The position numbers and the translations under genes were made by a program. A stretch of 63,769 bases of DNA, the filler included, from Hyphochytrium catenoides (Eukaryota; Protista; Hyphochytriomycota): the NCBI GenBank assembly GCA_900088475.1. It is 11 parts of 11 records of this genome, joined end to end, with 100 filler letters (N's around TTAATTAATTAA, not from the genome) between each part and the next. Parts side by side here need not be neighbours in the genome. Positions count along the whole stretch, not along the records: positions 1 to 17,809 come from FLMG01004426.1; positions 17,910 to 21,342 come from FLMG01003471.1; positions 21,443 to 27,731 come from FLMG01002554.1; 8 more parts are not named here. One strand, given 5' to 3'. The notes under the pieces are model-generated. The model made no database searches, was not told where the DNA came from, and saw only the letters and a program-made list of their open reading frames with translations. The first letter of the stretch is position 1. The number at the start of each line of letters is the position of its first letter. Below are positions 12,955-24,707 of this stretch, piece by piece.

Positions 12955-14235
12955 ACCGACGAGCTCTCAAAATTGGCGAAGCTGTTTCTGGAGACTCTGG
13001 CGCCTCCGTAAATTAGTGTCAACATCGAAAATAATGGTTAGCTACCCAAAGCTACCTCTTGGTCTCGGTCAGTGTCACAGCCTATAACAAACGAAAGTGC
13101 CAAAGACCGAATCCTAGAAACCTTCCTTACAAAAAATAACTCGCTACAGCTCTCGCTACCCCTCCTAATCTGCAGATTCTCCTCTCAAGTGCAGCAAGCA
13201 GCTCAGATTGCCAAGCTCCAGCCTTTAGATCTCTAAATTGCTCCTACAGATGGCAATGAGGGAGCTCACGCGCTTATCTGACCCCAATAATCTACGCTAG
13301 AGTAGGGATCCTTTCGCAGGTATGGAGGCCAGAGTCCACCAGTTCCATACGGAAGCGCTGACAGGCATTAGCTCAAAGACGCAAAAGGAGATCTCAACAT
13401 TGCGGCGGTTCTTGTTCCGCAATCAGAATCATAGATTCACTGAGAATGAGAAGAGCAAGCTCTTTGCTACTATCCAGACGTACTATGGACTGTACAAGGA
13501 TTCCAAAGGTCAAAACCGTGAGACCATGAATGACCGACTGTCTCCTATACCCATCGTATTGTTCAGCACTCCTGCCTGTCCTTTCTCCCGTCTCGGCTAA
13601 CTTCGTCTTGTCCAGACATAGACCTTGAAGACCATAGAGCCTCACGGATCGTCACCTTGACTCATTCTCATATCTCCGTTCTTCTCCTTCCCCGCCTCTA
13701 TGCTACTGACATCCTCAGACCCTCAGAACCCTACCTTGGGACTTATCGATGATGCGCTGAAGATGCCCTTCACGGTCTTTTCGACAAAGCAGAAGAAGAC
13801 GCTGCTGAAGTGGTATTCCGAGCTCTCTGGCACTGATGAGCAGCTCCTGGCCACGAGGGCGATGTCAGATGAGGGCGGAGCGGGACAAGCGAAGGAAGAA
13901 GTGCTACAGGTGCATCTCTACCGCTTCGCTGCAGAGTCCTTTACTTCAATCCTTCTCTCCACTTTCCTTGCAACTGACTGTTTGCCTGTCTCTCTTCTCC
14001 ATCTCCCTTCACCATTCGGTACATACGCCAGCTGCTAGACGTAGGGGACGATGGCTATCTCTCTTTGTTCGTGGAAGCTACCGGCGAGACGCGCGAAGAC
14101 GTGAAGGTGGAGGATAAGAAGATGCTCAAGAGGCTGAAGCAGAGGCTGGATGGAGGAGAAGAAGTCCAAGTGCGGATACACCAGGGATCAGATGGGACAA
14201 TATCCTTCCTAGGGATTGCATCTGACGAGGCTTGA
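12955..14235 (+). CDS. Unknown protein with a C-terminal eIF5A-like OB-fold domain; 5' end unresolved
   Basis: Phase-consistent exons give TDELSKLAKLFLETLAPP/DPFAGMEARVHQFH...YKDSK/DPQNPTLG...EEVLQ/LLDVGDDGYLSLFVEATGETREDVKV...GEEVQVRI-TGA(14235). The last exon (14032-14235) resembles the eIF5A C-domain (QLIGIQDGYLSLLQDSGEVREDLRL). Confidence 0.65.
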
Positions 14236-14796
14236 CACATTCCTCAGTCAACCACCTTGTCGAGGAGCGATGTTTGGAAAAACCTACCTACCAAGCCACA
14301 TCCTCTTCTCAGCCCATCTCTCTCTCCCATTTCCTCTCCCTCTCTTCTTGGCTACTTGTCCACATGTCTCTCTCTCCCTTCGCAGCTTCCGCTCTTTCTA
14401 GGCCTCCTACATAGAAATTGTCCAAAAGCTCTGTCCTTGTTGAGTCCATGACTGAGAAAGTTTATGAGAAAGGAACCACTGGGCTGCTCAAAAGGAAGCA
14501 AATGGCTTATTTTTCTATAGTCAGTAGGGTTGGATTTTTGCGCTCAACGTCGCCGCGTCTATCTCTGCTTCTCTCCCACTGAACCAGGAAAGCATGTGGA
14601 TGTGCTAGCAGGAAGAAGTACAGAAAGAAGCAGAGGAGAGAGCTCAGCAGCCACGTGGAGAAGGCTAGAATATGCAGCTCGGGAGAGAGCGCACTTCTTG
14701 CTCAGCTCCCAGGCTGAGAGAATAAATAGATGATCAGCTATCAGGCTGCGCTTCAAAGAGCACCTGCTGCACTGCATAAACAGAAGAACTGAAACC

Positions 14797-17634
14797 TTAT
14801 GTCGCCATCTTTGTCGCGGCTGCTGGCTGTTCATCGCCCGTCAGGGATGGTTGACTACTTTGGGGCGTTGGCTCTAGAGCTTCTTGATGTGGTGCTGGTG
14901 CTAGTGCTGATTGCGGGGTTGGACCTAGAGCCAGGGGCGGAGAAGTACTAGGCGAGAGCTGTGGTACCATAGGTTCTGCCGTGGGACTGATAAGCGGGAG
15001 CAGCAGAGGAGTTTGCAAGGTGGATGGCCTGTCCCTTGGAGTCACTGGCTCTTTGCCTCTTTCTTCCTTTCCGGAGGCGTTGTCTTCGGTCGTGCCCATG
15101 AGTACTTCCTTTANNNNNNNNNNNNNNNNNNNNNNNNNNNNNNNNNNNNNNNNNNNNNNNNNNNNNNNNNNNNGCTGCGCTTGCTGGATGAGAATCTTCT
15201 CCATTAATGCAGAGATCTCTTGCGCTTGCTTCATCTCTTGTTGCTTGGGCGTCAGTTCGTCCATTATGCTGCCCAAACCGCCTATGGAGGAACGACGTCG
15301 TCGACGAGAGAGAGAGAGAGTCTGTTAGTGACGTTTCAGTTATAGGCGAAATTCCTCCTGGCTAGCTATATGACGATATCACGCTGCGTATGGAAGAACA
15401 AGACGGGCTTGAAAGGTCACGGTTAAGGGAAGATGCCAATGGAGCTATTTTAGAAAAAGAGAGAAGGGGTGTCCTCACCGTAGGCCGCAGAGATGTCTTC
15501 ATCCACGAACCCGTACTTTGTCGCATAAGATGCCGCCCACTGCTCGATGAAGTTCTTTCGTCTAAGGATGATGGGCGGAGAATGCCATAGTTAATGCAGA
15601 TGATGAGTTCCCAATCCTTCTGTGTATCCATGGAGGACCTCTCCCTACTCAGCTGCAGGCCTACTGTTCTCTCTCTCTCTTTCTCTCTTCTTTAATGTCT
15701 TCTCGCACTCTCTTTCTCTCCTAGGACTGTCTACCCTTTCAATTCCATGCTATCTGGGTTACATCCAACCTGTGGGCGGAGTCATCAATGAACTTTGAAG
15801 TTCCCTTGTGGTTCCCTTTGGCGTCTTTGTTCTTTGACTTTGCCAGCTGCCGTGCCATCTGATCAATTCTTTCCTTCATCGAGGGATACTTGGCAAGCGC
15901 TCGAAGAATCTGCTCTCGCGAGAGAATACGCAGCTCGCAGAACTCTAACGTTCGAGCTGTAGCTGTACGCTTCACGTTTGGCTTGAGGACACTGACCTCA
16001 CCTAAGGACATTACGCAGATGCTGACGGAGTTAGAGCAGATCATATTGAGAGGTAATTAAGATAGTGTCAGAGTGACCTGGAAGAGCGACGAAGAGAGAA
16101 TATGATAGGGCCAGAGCGTGATGAGAATTTTAAGAAATGCGATAAATAGAAACTAGCCAAATAGGGCAGACAGGGCAAAGCATCGGTCCTCTGCATGAGG
16201 CGGAGACGACGCTTGATGAGCTCGGAGAGCTTCAGAGTCCTACCAAAGTATTGATCTTCCCCGAGGATGCACCACTGCTTGTTGTCACGTATAATCTCAA
16301 CAGCTCCGCGGAAGATAAAGAACATTTCTTCCCCCTGGTCTCCCTCACGAATGACCTCCTCAAACGGAGGATAGCAGACCATCCGAAGCGATAAGGAAAT
16401 CTCCATCAAGAACCCAGGATCACTGTCGATTAGCAAAAATGTGGCAGACAATGGTCAGCATGAAGGAACAATTTGACGCGATGGAGGTCAGACAATAGGC
16501 CGTACAGTCTTAAGTAGAAGGTAATGATGGTGATTGATATAAAAGCTACTTCAGACGGCTGGATAAAGATTGAAAACTGGCAAGTACGAGGCTCGAAAAC
16601 GAGGGAGAGAATGACAGACGGGAAGGGAAAAAGAGAGCCGTTCAGTAAGCTTCATTACCTGCCCGCAAAGTAAGGCATTCTTTTGAGGAAGTGATCATTG
16701 ATAGCAATCGCGACTTTGGACCTGCAGGTAGCAAATGAGGGTCAAAATGACTGTCTTTAGGTTCAAGGGTAGATGCAATCCGAAGAAACCCAGCGGCAGT
16801 GAGATTGGCTATAGTAAGAGGGTTATTACTTTCAGCAATGACAAGAGAAGTCTTAACGTCTACCTTAGCAACGAGGAGAGCTCCTCAAGAATGGACTGCT
16901 CATTCGCAAGTCTAGTTTCCTTGGACTCGCGTGCATGGTAGAAATAGTCTCGAATTTCCTGGCGCAAGCTTGGAGGTAGCTCCCTCGCTGGTTGAATAAA
17001 TGAAAGAGGAAGGTGGAAGAGAGTGGATCAGTGCTCTGTCCCCGTTCCATAAGATGGCCAGCTCTCGGTATAGCCTTACCTTCCATGTATGCATTCACCA
17101 TGTNNNNNNNNNNNNNNNNNNNNNNNNNNNNNNNNNNNNNNNNNNNNNNNNNNNNNNACCCATTTTTTGCTTGAACTCTGTCTCGGCCAAATGAAGGTTG
17201 GACACAAGCTCCACGACCTGAGAGCCCATTTTTAGATGACTAAGATAACAGACTGAAAGGAGCTTAAAGCTCGTAAGCAAGAAAGAGATAGTGATACGCT
17301 CACAAGCAGGGCAGAGACTAGAGAGAGAGAAAAGGGAAAGGAAGAAAGAGGAGGGAGACCTGAGGCAGATGCTATGAGAGAGATGCTCTCGAACCGCCAG
17401 GAAACAAAGACTTACGTTCGTGATACCGTAAGCGAAAATGCCTGCGCCGATGATCATTGCAAATATAGAGAAGAGACGACCAGGAGTGCCCACCGGAGTG
17501 ACTGCGCAATGCAGAAGGATAGGAGTTAGGGAGAGTAAGGAGAAGAAGGAGAAGACGAAGGGAGAGAGGGGTCAAGCAGAGCAGGATTCAGGGGAAGTAG
17601 CTACCGCTCACCATCACCATATCCGACAGTGGCC
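14797..17634 (-). CDS. Cyclic-nucleotide-binding-domain K+ channel (HCN/EAG-like), pore to C-terminus; 5' part missing at the scaffold end
   Basis: Exons encode the ATVGYGD selectivity filter, S6 (FSIFAMIIGAGIFAYGITN), C-linker (LPPSLRQEIRDYF) and CNBD (EVIREGDQGEEMFFIFRGAVEI, YFGEVSVL, RTATARTLEFCEL). The region contains N gaps. Confidence 0.85.
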
Positions 17635-17809
17635 CTGAGGTACACCAGAGAGAAGCAGATGTTAGTCTGCTACAGCCACTAATGGAGGTAGAAGGGCTAT
17701 GAAAGCATTAACCAACAAGGTTAAGAGGACACAGAGGGAGGGAGAGGGAAACGGAGAGAGAGAGAGAGAGAGAGACTAGAAAGGTAGAAGAGAGAGAGAG
17801 AGAGAGAGA

Positions 17810-17909
17810 NNNNNNNNNNNNNNNNNNNNNNNNNNNNNNNNNNNNNNNNNNNNTTAATTAATTAANNNNNNNNNNNNNNNNNNNNNNNNNNNNNNNNNNN
17901 NNNNNNNNN
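17810..17909. other. Artificial scaffold-joining linker (44N-TTAATTAATTAA-44N); also at 21343, 27732, 29437, 31164, 52033, 53275, 56511, 58101, 62484
   Basis: Ten identical 100-bp units with stop codons in all six frames. Genes are truncated and base composition changes abruptly across them. Confidence 0.97.
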
Positions 17910-17940
<31 letters not shown>

Positions 17941-20255
17941 CCTCTAATAAAGGCACTTTACCAGAAGGCAGGCCAGTATTACTACTCTCGGAGCCACGGT
18001 TATTATCAATACCTTAGACCTCGATTGAACCTCCTATTGCTACAAACTAGGCTGACGCAATGGTGGTCAAACTCCCCTATCCAGGGTTATATGTTACCCC
18101 ATGAGGTGGCCTTGGTACCAGGACACACTGGCACAGCCTCAACTGCCCAGGGGATACCATAAAGCCCTGGGATAGGATGATTGAGACAGAGCGTAGTAAT
18201 GCTACAGCGTCACACAGTTTAGTTAGTGGCTATTTCAGGTAGTAGTAATATGTGTCTATTTTTGTGATAAGTCTGGCCAATACCGCTTTGCAAGGAAGGT
18301 GAAGCAAACGGACAATAACAGAAGAAATTTCCTAAGTCCACTCCGAAAGCTCGCTACCCATACCTAGCCTCCGGGTACAGACAAAAGCTAAAGGGATGGC
18401 AGAAGCCGACCAGTAGTAAGGCACGATATTGCGGAGTCTGGTCTTGGGTTGAACTTGGTGGTGAGTGCACTTGCGTGTCTTGTCTGGTCAGTGACATGGT
18501 GATGATGGATTGTTGAAGAGTCAACCTGCTTCGTCTGTCTCTTTCTTCCTCTCTCTCCACACCGTCAGCTTCTCACGAGGGCAGTGGATAGGATGATGAT
18601 GAGGCGCTAGTGTGTCCCTTGGAGGCGCCCGTTATGTGAGGATGAAGTTGAGAAACACAGGCTGGTCTTCAGGCCCAGTCCACTGGTGGTCAAGAGGAAG
18701 CACATTATGACTTACTTGGGAAGAGAGAAAGAGTAGGGGGAGGGGGGAGAGGAAAGCAGAATGAGGGGACAGAAGAGAGAGAAGAGAAGAGGGTAAGAGA
18801 GATTGGTCTCTGCAGTCCTAAAGTAACGGCTTTGCGTAGATTGAAGGGGGAGATGGTAGGGTAGCTTGGGGAGAGCTTCATGCTCTTTTCCTTTTCATCA
18901 TAAATGAGGCTAGTAGGCTTGACAACAGGAAGGCTTGGCAGCGTGAGATGGTGGTCGTGCCATGATTCCCATCATTCGTAGCCACCCAGTAGCTAACTGG
19001 TGAATCTATTTATAGAGAAGTGGAAGATGGTAGGCTGGGGTGGGTGGCCGCTCTATCTGTTAGGTGCAGCACGGAAGACTAGGGGTAGTAAGAGACACCC
19101 ATCAGCACCAAGAAGGTTGATCACGAGCGTCGCACGGAGTGACATGGGAGAGGTGTATTCAGGACCTCGGAAGTGCTGCTGCTAACTTGTTAGCAAATTA
19201 CTACCGCGTGCTTGCTCTTCCCTCTATACTTCTGGCTGAAGATCTGTTCATCAGCACAGCTGAATGCGAGGAAATATAGGAGACAAAGATTCTGGTTGAA
19301 TAAGCAATCGGCCACTAGGATCAATTTTATCTTCCGCTAATGCTTTAGTCCATTCTAGCGAAACATAAGCCTGCTCACTTTTTCTGCCCGATGATCTCAC
19401 TAAGGTCGAACTCTCTTCCAACAGTCCGGCCGCTGTCATCTTTGACGATGCACTATCGTCCTCAGTGGTAGCCTTTGCTAAGTTAGCAAAAGAGGGTAAA
19501 GGGATTGGTTGCATTATTTACCATGCGCACCTCACAGTTAAAACCGCAAGGATAGGGTGGCGGTAATTGAATAGTAGCTTTATCACTGTGGAGTCTTGAG
19601 AGTACGAGCCCTTTCTGTCCTGCCACTTGAGCTTGACCGTGTTTTCTTGGTACATCTTAGCAATATGTATGCTTCGTTCAATCTTCTTCTACATTCCAGC
19701 TATGTCACCCCATAAAAAAGAATATGTACTATTCTCTGAAACATACATTACTCTGTACATCATCAACCAATGTCCCTGAAGGTAGTCTTGTTGAGGACTA
19801 TAGAGCTAAAGATAGGCTATCATCAAGGATAGGCGTTTGCCACCGCCAAAGGAGATAAGAGAGACGTTCTAGGATGCGGTAGGAAGGAGCTCTTTTCAAG
19901 CAAAACGCTAGACAATCTACATTATGTACAGATAATTATGGACTATGGAAGACTATGGGACACGAGAATACTTGCCGCCAGCATGTCCACCATCGAGACG
20001 AGAGCTAATTACTAAGCCGGCGGCCCGAGTTGGCGGGAAGGGGAGATCACTATGTACACATCACTTTGTACACTCGCACTCAAAATTCCAAAATCCTGCT
20101 GTCAATACAGTTCCGCATCTCTTTCTTCTATGTCCTAAAGGTCTTTACAGAGAGATAACTCGCCATCTCCTTATCCTGACAGAAATCTGAGGGTAACAGC
20201 TTATTAGGGACCGTCCAGGAATACCTCGCGCTAACAGAAGACTACCTCTTCTAGC

Positions 20256-20912
20256 TTAGATATCATCCATGAGAAAAAGGCAGTCCTCTTGCTCTTTGCC
20301 ATCTGGCGCTGAGTCATCCTCCTCTCGAGTGTGGCCGTGCCGGACTGTGGTATGCACTGTGGCAGAATGCCGGACTAAGCGCCTCCTGTCCCTTAACTGC
20401 GGAGGAAAAAGCGCAGCTTCCTCCGCTGCCGTTGATGGACTCCATTCACTTTTCAGTAACCTTCGCTCATAGAGACTCTTGCTAGCGTTAGGGATAGACA
20501 AGGGAGGAGAGCGAGGAAGATGGGACGACTGGACTCTCTGAAGTTCCAGATTATCTTTCTGCCAAGTACTGGGAGACTTGTCTTCCTCTCTCCCTAATGC
20601 TAAGGAGTTAAAGCCCGGTTCGTCCTCCTCTTCGAAGGAGGAGCAGTACCATCCAAAATCATCATCCTTCCTTCGGCCTTCAAAGTGCAGTGCTACAATC
20701 ATCTCCACCATCTTTCCTTGCGATGCATCCACCATAGCGCCCCTAGTGCCTAGCTCCCGTCTATTACCCGGACGCAGGTGCGGAGCCATTTCTGGTCCTA
20801 ATTGTGCTTGGTAGTAGTTTGGCTTGACCGCCGTCATGTGGACTGCTAAGCGTTGTCTAGTTTGTCTGGAGAGTAGAGCTGCAGCTCGGCTATTCGTCGT
20901 AAATGTAGCCAT
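20256..20912 (-). CDS. Hypothetical 218-aa low-complexity protein with a C-terminal FLMDDI motif
   Basis: Single ATG-to-stop ORF that does not arise from microsatellite sequence. No globular domain recognised. Confidence 0.5.
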   Translation of the reverse strand: MATFTTNSRAAALLSRQTRQRLAVHMTAVKPNYYQAQLGPEMAPHLRPGNRRELGTRGAMVDASQGKMVEMIVALHFEGRRKDDDFGWYCSSFEEEDEPGFNSLALGREEDKSPSTWQKDNLELQRVQSSHLPRSPPLSIPNASKSLYERRLLKSEWSPSTAAEEAALFPPQLRDRRRLVRHSATVHTTVRHGHTREEDDSAPDGKEQEDCLFLMDDI

Positions 20913-22893
20913 CGTTGCATTATGCAGCTGTTGATTGCTGGCCGCAGTGACTTCGTGGAGGTTAGTTGACCTGCTCCATGATGCATTCGTCGAAAAGGAT
21001 GACTAAGATTGCCTTCAGAGATCCGTGGAAGTTTAGAGAATGAGCAACGAAGTTGGATTGAGGCAGGAGAGAGAAGATGAAATGGCCTCCATAAAACACT
21101 GCAAGCGGCACGTTAATGGCCTCTCTTCTTCTCCCCATCGTCTTCCTGTCTTTGCTAGCTAGAGAAAAACGCATGGTGAGCAGTTTCTGCCAACCATTTA
21201 GGGCTCATTCCCTAGCTGTCCTTTGCGGTGCCTCTGTCAGCGTGAGCTTGTTTTCCTATTGGACACAGAGGGCGTTGCTCTGTCTCTTCTTCGTCTTGTC
21301 ACACAGTCCGTTTACTTCTGTGTCACGATGTCACCCTGCTCTNNNNNNNNNNNNNNNNNNNNNNNNNNNNNNNNNNNNNNNNNNNNTTAATTAATTAANN
21401 NNNNNNNNNNNNNNNNNNNNNNNNNNNNNNNNNNNNNNNNNNGTGTTTAGGTCCGCCACCCGTTCGATATACGACGAAAGTGCGTTTCGATCCACCTCGT
21501 TAAGGTCCTCAATCAAAGCTTCTGTCAGGGTTTGCCAGTCCAGGAACTAAGTCTGCAAGGACCATCCTATCTGGTCCGTTCAAGGACATCTTAGGGCTCG
21601 CAGTAGCATCTGCTCATCGTACTCGTTGTGGTCCGCGAACTCCTCAAGCACCTTGATGTGTTCCTCAAATGTCATCCTGGAGGAGTCATACATGGGGAGC
21701 TGTTTTCCATTAGGCAGGTTAATCAATCGTCTCTGTGAATTGTCTCCAGAGGCATCGGTGCGGCTCCTAGCTCTTGCCCTGGCTACTGCAGACGCCGGTA
21801 CCAGGCTCGGTCTGGAGGCTCGAGTAGGAGTCTGTGGATCCGCATCGGTCATCCTGGCCACATTAGTGGCATTGGTCCCGTCACGTTGCTCTCCTGCGCC
21901 CGATAGAGCTGGGGTGTGATTCGCCGCTGTGATCACCTGAGATCGCGTTTCCCTCGTTATTATTGCCTGGTAGGAGGAGAAGGTGGCGGAGGAGGTTGAT
22001 TCCCGGCTTGCATCTCCGGAGATGGAGGAGGAGGAGGAGGAGGATAAATGGCTTGCGTCCCCGGTTGAGGAGGAGGTGGAGGTGGCCTCACGGCTGATGT
22101 CCCCCGTGACCTGTCCTGCCCGTTGTGCTCTGCAGGTGGCGCTTGAGTCGGTTGTAAACCCAGCCGAGAGGCAATAGTCTGGCTCATGACTATTTGTTGT
22201 GCCATGAACTCGTGAATAACTGCAAGCTGGGCTCTCATGTGGCTTTCGAGCCCAGAGATGAGTTCCCTAAGGGGTAGCAGCATGGCGTCTGCTTGCATCT
22301 CACGCGGCTGTGCTGCGGGTCGTTCTCCATGTCTGTCTCAATGGAATGGACTTGTAATATGAGAGACTGATGCAGCGCTCAAAAGAGAGAGGGAGAGAGA
22401 AAAGGTGCGCTGTCTGTACCTTGGCTGGCCGGGCTTCAGTTCAGACAAGCACCACCACGCAGAGGAAGACTTCGCGGGAACACGCGCAAATAGCAAAAGG
22501 TCTTCTACTTCCAGAAGTTTATTAACTGAGATATAGAGGGTAAGAGGGAATCTCCCTTGCGAGAGAGTCAGTCTACCTGAGAATGCAAAGATAAAAGAGC
22601 AACGCAAGAGAAGTAAAGTTAACAGGCTATCCTAATAACATGCAAAGAGACAGAGGGGAGAAAGAGAAAAGGAAGAGAGCATCGTTCGTCAGAGCCATCC
22701 GTTGCCAACTCTAGTCGGGACTACCCGTCCAGAGAGTACTCTCAAAGAGGAGAGGCTACCTCCCATACACCGGTCCATCTGTGTCCAGTGTGCAGTCAGG
22801 TGGTTAGCAGCCGTCAGAGGAGATATACATATAACACCCTTTCGCTTTGAAAATCTTGGCTCAGTGAAGAAGCTTGACTATCGTGGCTGCTGC

Positions 22894-24137
22894 CTAAACT
22901 CTCCGTCTGGTGCCTCGTTTTGCTCTCGTCGACCGCCAAGGCGGCGGGGTGGTCGCGCTCTTCGTCGACCGCCGAGGCGGCGGGGTGGTCGCGCTCTTCG
23001 ACTTGGCGTGGAAAGCATCCGTCAATGGTTTCCCGACATCGTATTCAGGCACCCAGGAGGCCCCCGCCAGGTCGAAACCTTTCCATTTAACCAGGTACTC
23101 CACGCCGGTCCTAGGGAGACGTATGTCCAACAGCTCTTCTGCATCGTACGCTAGGGCTTGGGTGGCGGGTTCCACTATCGGAGATGGGGTTGGAGGCGTT
23201 CGAGAAGCAAACTCTTTCGGGTTCGGGTGATAAGGCTTCAGCAGGCTGACATGAAAGTCTGGGTGTTGTCTCGCCATCGCCGGGGGGAGATCCAATGTGT
23301 ATGTATCAAAATCCTTAGCTGCTATCACCTTGTAGGGTCCACTGTACCGCGGCAGCAGCTTCGTTTTGGGCCGAAGCCGATCCACTTCGTCCAGGTTATA
23401 GTCGGTAGCTAACATGACCTTGTCTCCCACCTTGGACCGCAATACCGTGCGATGCGGGTTGTGAAGTGCCTCCATGTAATCCTGGCTAGCGTCCAGATGG
23501 TCCTGAGCGACGAGGAGTGATACTCTGATGTTCTCGAGCGTGTCTGCTACGTCCGAGAGCAATCCATCCTTCTCTACCTGTTGGTGAGAGTTAGTTGTGA
23601 CGGCAGCGAATGCCGCCATCAGGGGTGTCATTGGTAAGTAGCCGGTAAGTAGCCGTAGGCCCAATAGAAGGGAGCGAAGCCAGTAGCGGCGTGCTTCCTG
23701 CTCTTATACGCAAACTCGATGAGTTGGAGGTCGCGTTCCCAGTTCGTCATCTTGTAGTCCACATAGCAGCGTAAGGCAATTAATTTAACATTGCCTTGTT
23801 CACGATCTCCGTCTGGCCATCAGTCTGGGGTCTGTGTGGCGTAGACATGGCTAGATGGTGCCTAACCGTTTCTGAAGCTCGGTCCAGAATGCACTTGTGA
23901 ACTTGCTGTCTCTGTCTGAGAAGATGACTTGTGGGATCCCATGGTGCTTCACCACTTCCTTGAGGTAGAGTAGCGCCGCCTGCTCGGCTGTCATTGACTT
24001 CCTGCAGGGGATGAAGTGCGCGTGTTTAGTAAGTTTGTCAATGACGACCATCACAGCGTCAAACCCTTCTACCGTGCGGGGCAGGTCCACAATAAAATCG
24101 ATCGACACCGTGTGCCACTTGCTCGCAGGGCTCTTGA
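22894..24137 (-). pseudogene. Chromovirus integrase (core, GPY/F motif, chromodomain), frameshifted
   Basis: WHTVSIDFIVDLP, IFSDRDSKFTSAFW, HRPQTDGQTEIVN, KLLPRYSGPYKV, YLVKWKGFDLAGASWVPE. Frameshifts near 23850, near 23785 and at a duplicated GGCTACTTAC near 23640. Confidence 0.92.
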
Positions 24138-24707
24138 TGTACCAGAAGCACCATGGGATCCCACAAGTCATCATCTCAGACAGAGACAGCAAGTTCACGA
24201 GTCCATTCTGGACCGAGCTTCAGAAACGGTTAGGCACCATCTAGCCATGTCTACGTCACACAGACCCCAGACTGATGGCCAGACGGAGATCGTGAACAAG
24301 GCAATGTTGATTGCCTTACGCTGCTATGTGGACTACAAGATGACGAACTGGGAACGCGACCTCCAACTCATCGAGTTTGCGTATAAGAGCAGGAAGCACG
24401 CCGCTACTGGCTTCGCTCCCTTCTATTGGGCCTACGGCTACTTACCGGCTACTTACCAGTGACACCCCTGATGGCGGCATTCGCTGCCATCACAACTAAC
24501 TCTCACCAACAGGTAGAGAAGGATGGATTGCCCTCGGGCGTAGCAGACACGCTCGAGAACATCAGAGTATCACTCCTCGTCGCTCAGGACCGTCTGGACG
24601 CTAGCCAGGATTACATGGAGGCACTTCACAACCCACATCGCACGGTATTGCAGTCCAAGGTGGGAGACAAGGTCATGTTCGCTACCGACTATAACCTGGA
24701 CGAAGTG
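23383..24707. repeat. Long inverted repeat of integrase sequence: arms 23383-23950 and 24145-24707, 194-bp spacer
   Basis: Manual comparison gives about 12 substitutions and one 5-bp indel over ~565 bp. Confidence 0.93.

Noticed and set aside
22330-22352. Self-priming PBS after the 484-bp LTR, leading into its own gag
   Set aside because: The adjoining AGTCC is the TSD and the gag-like sequence belongs to the older host element.
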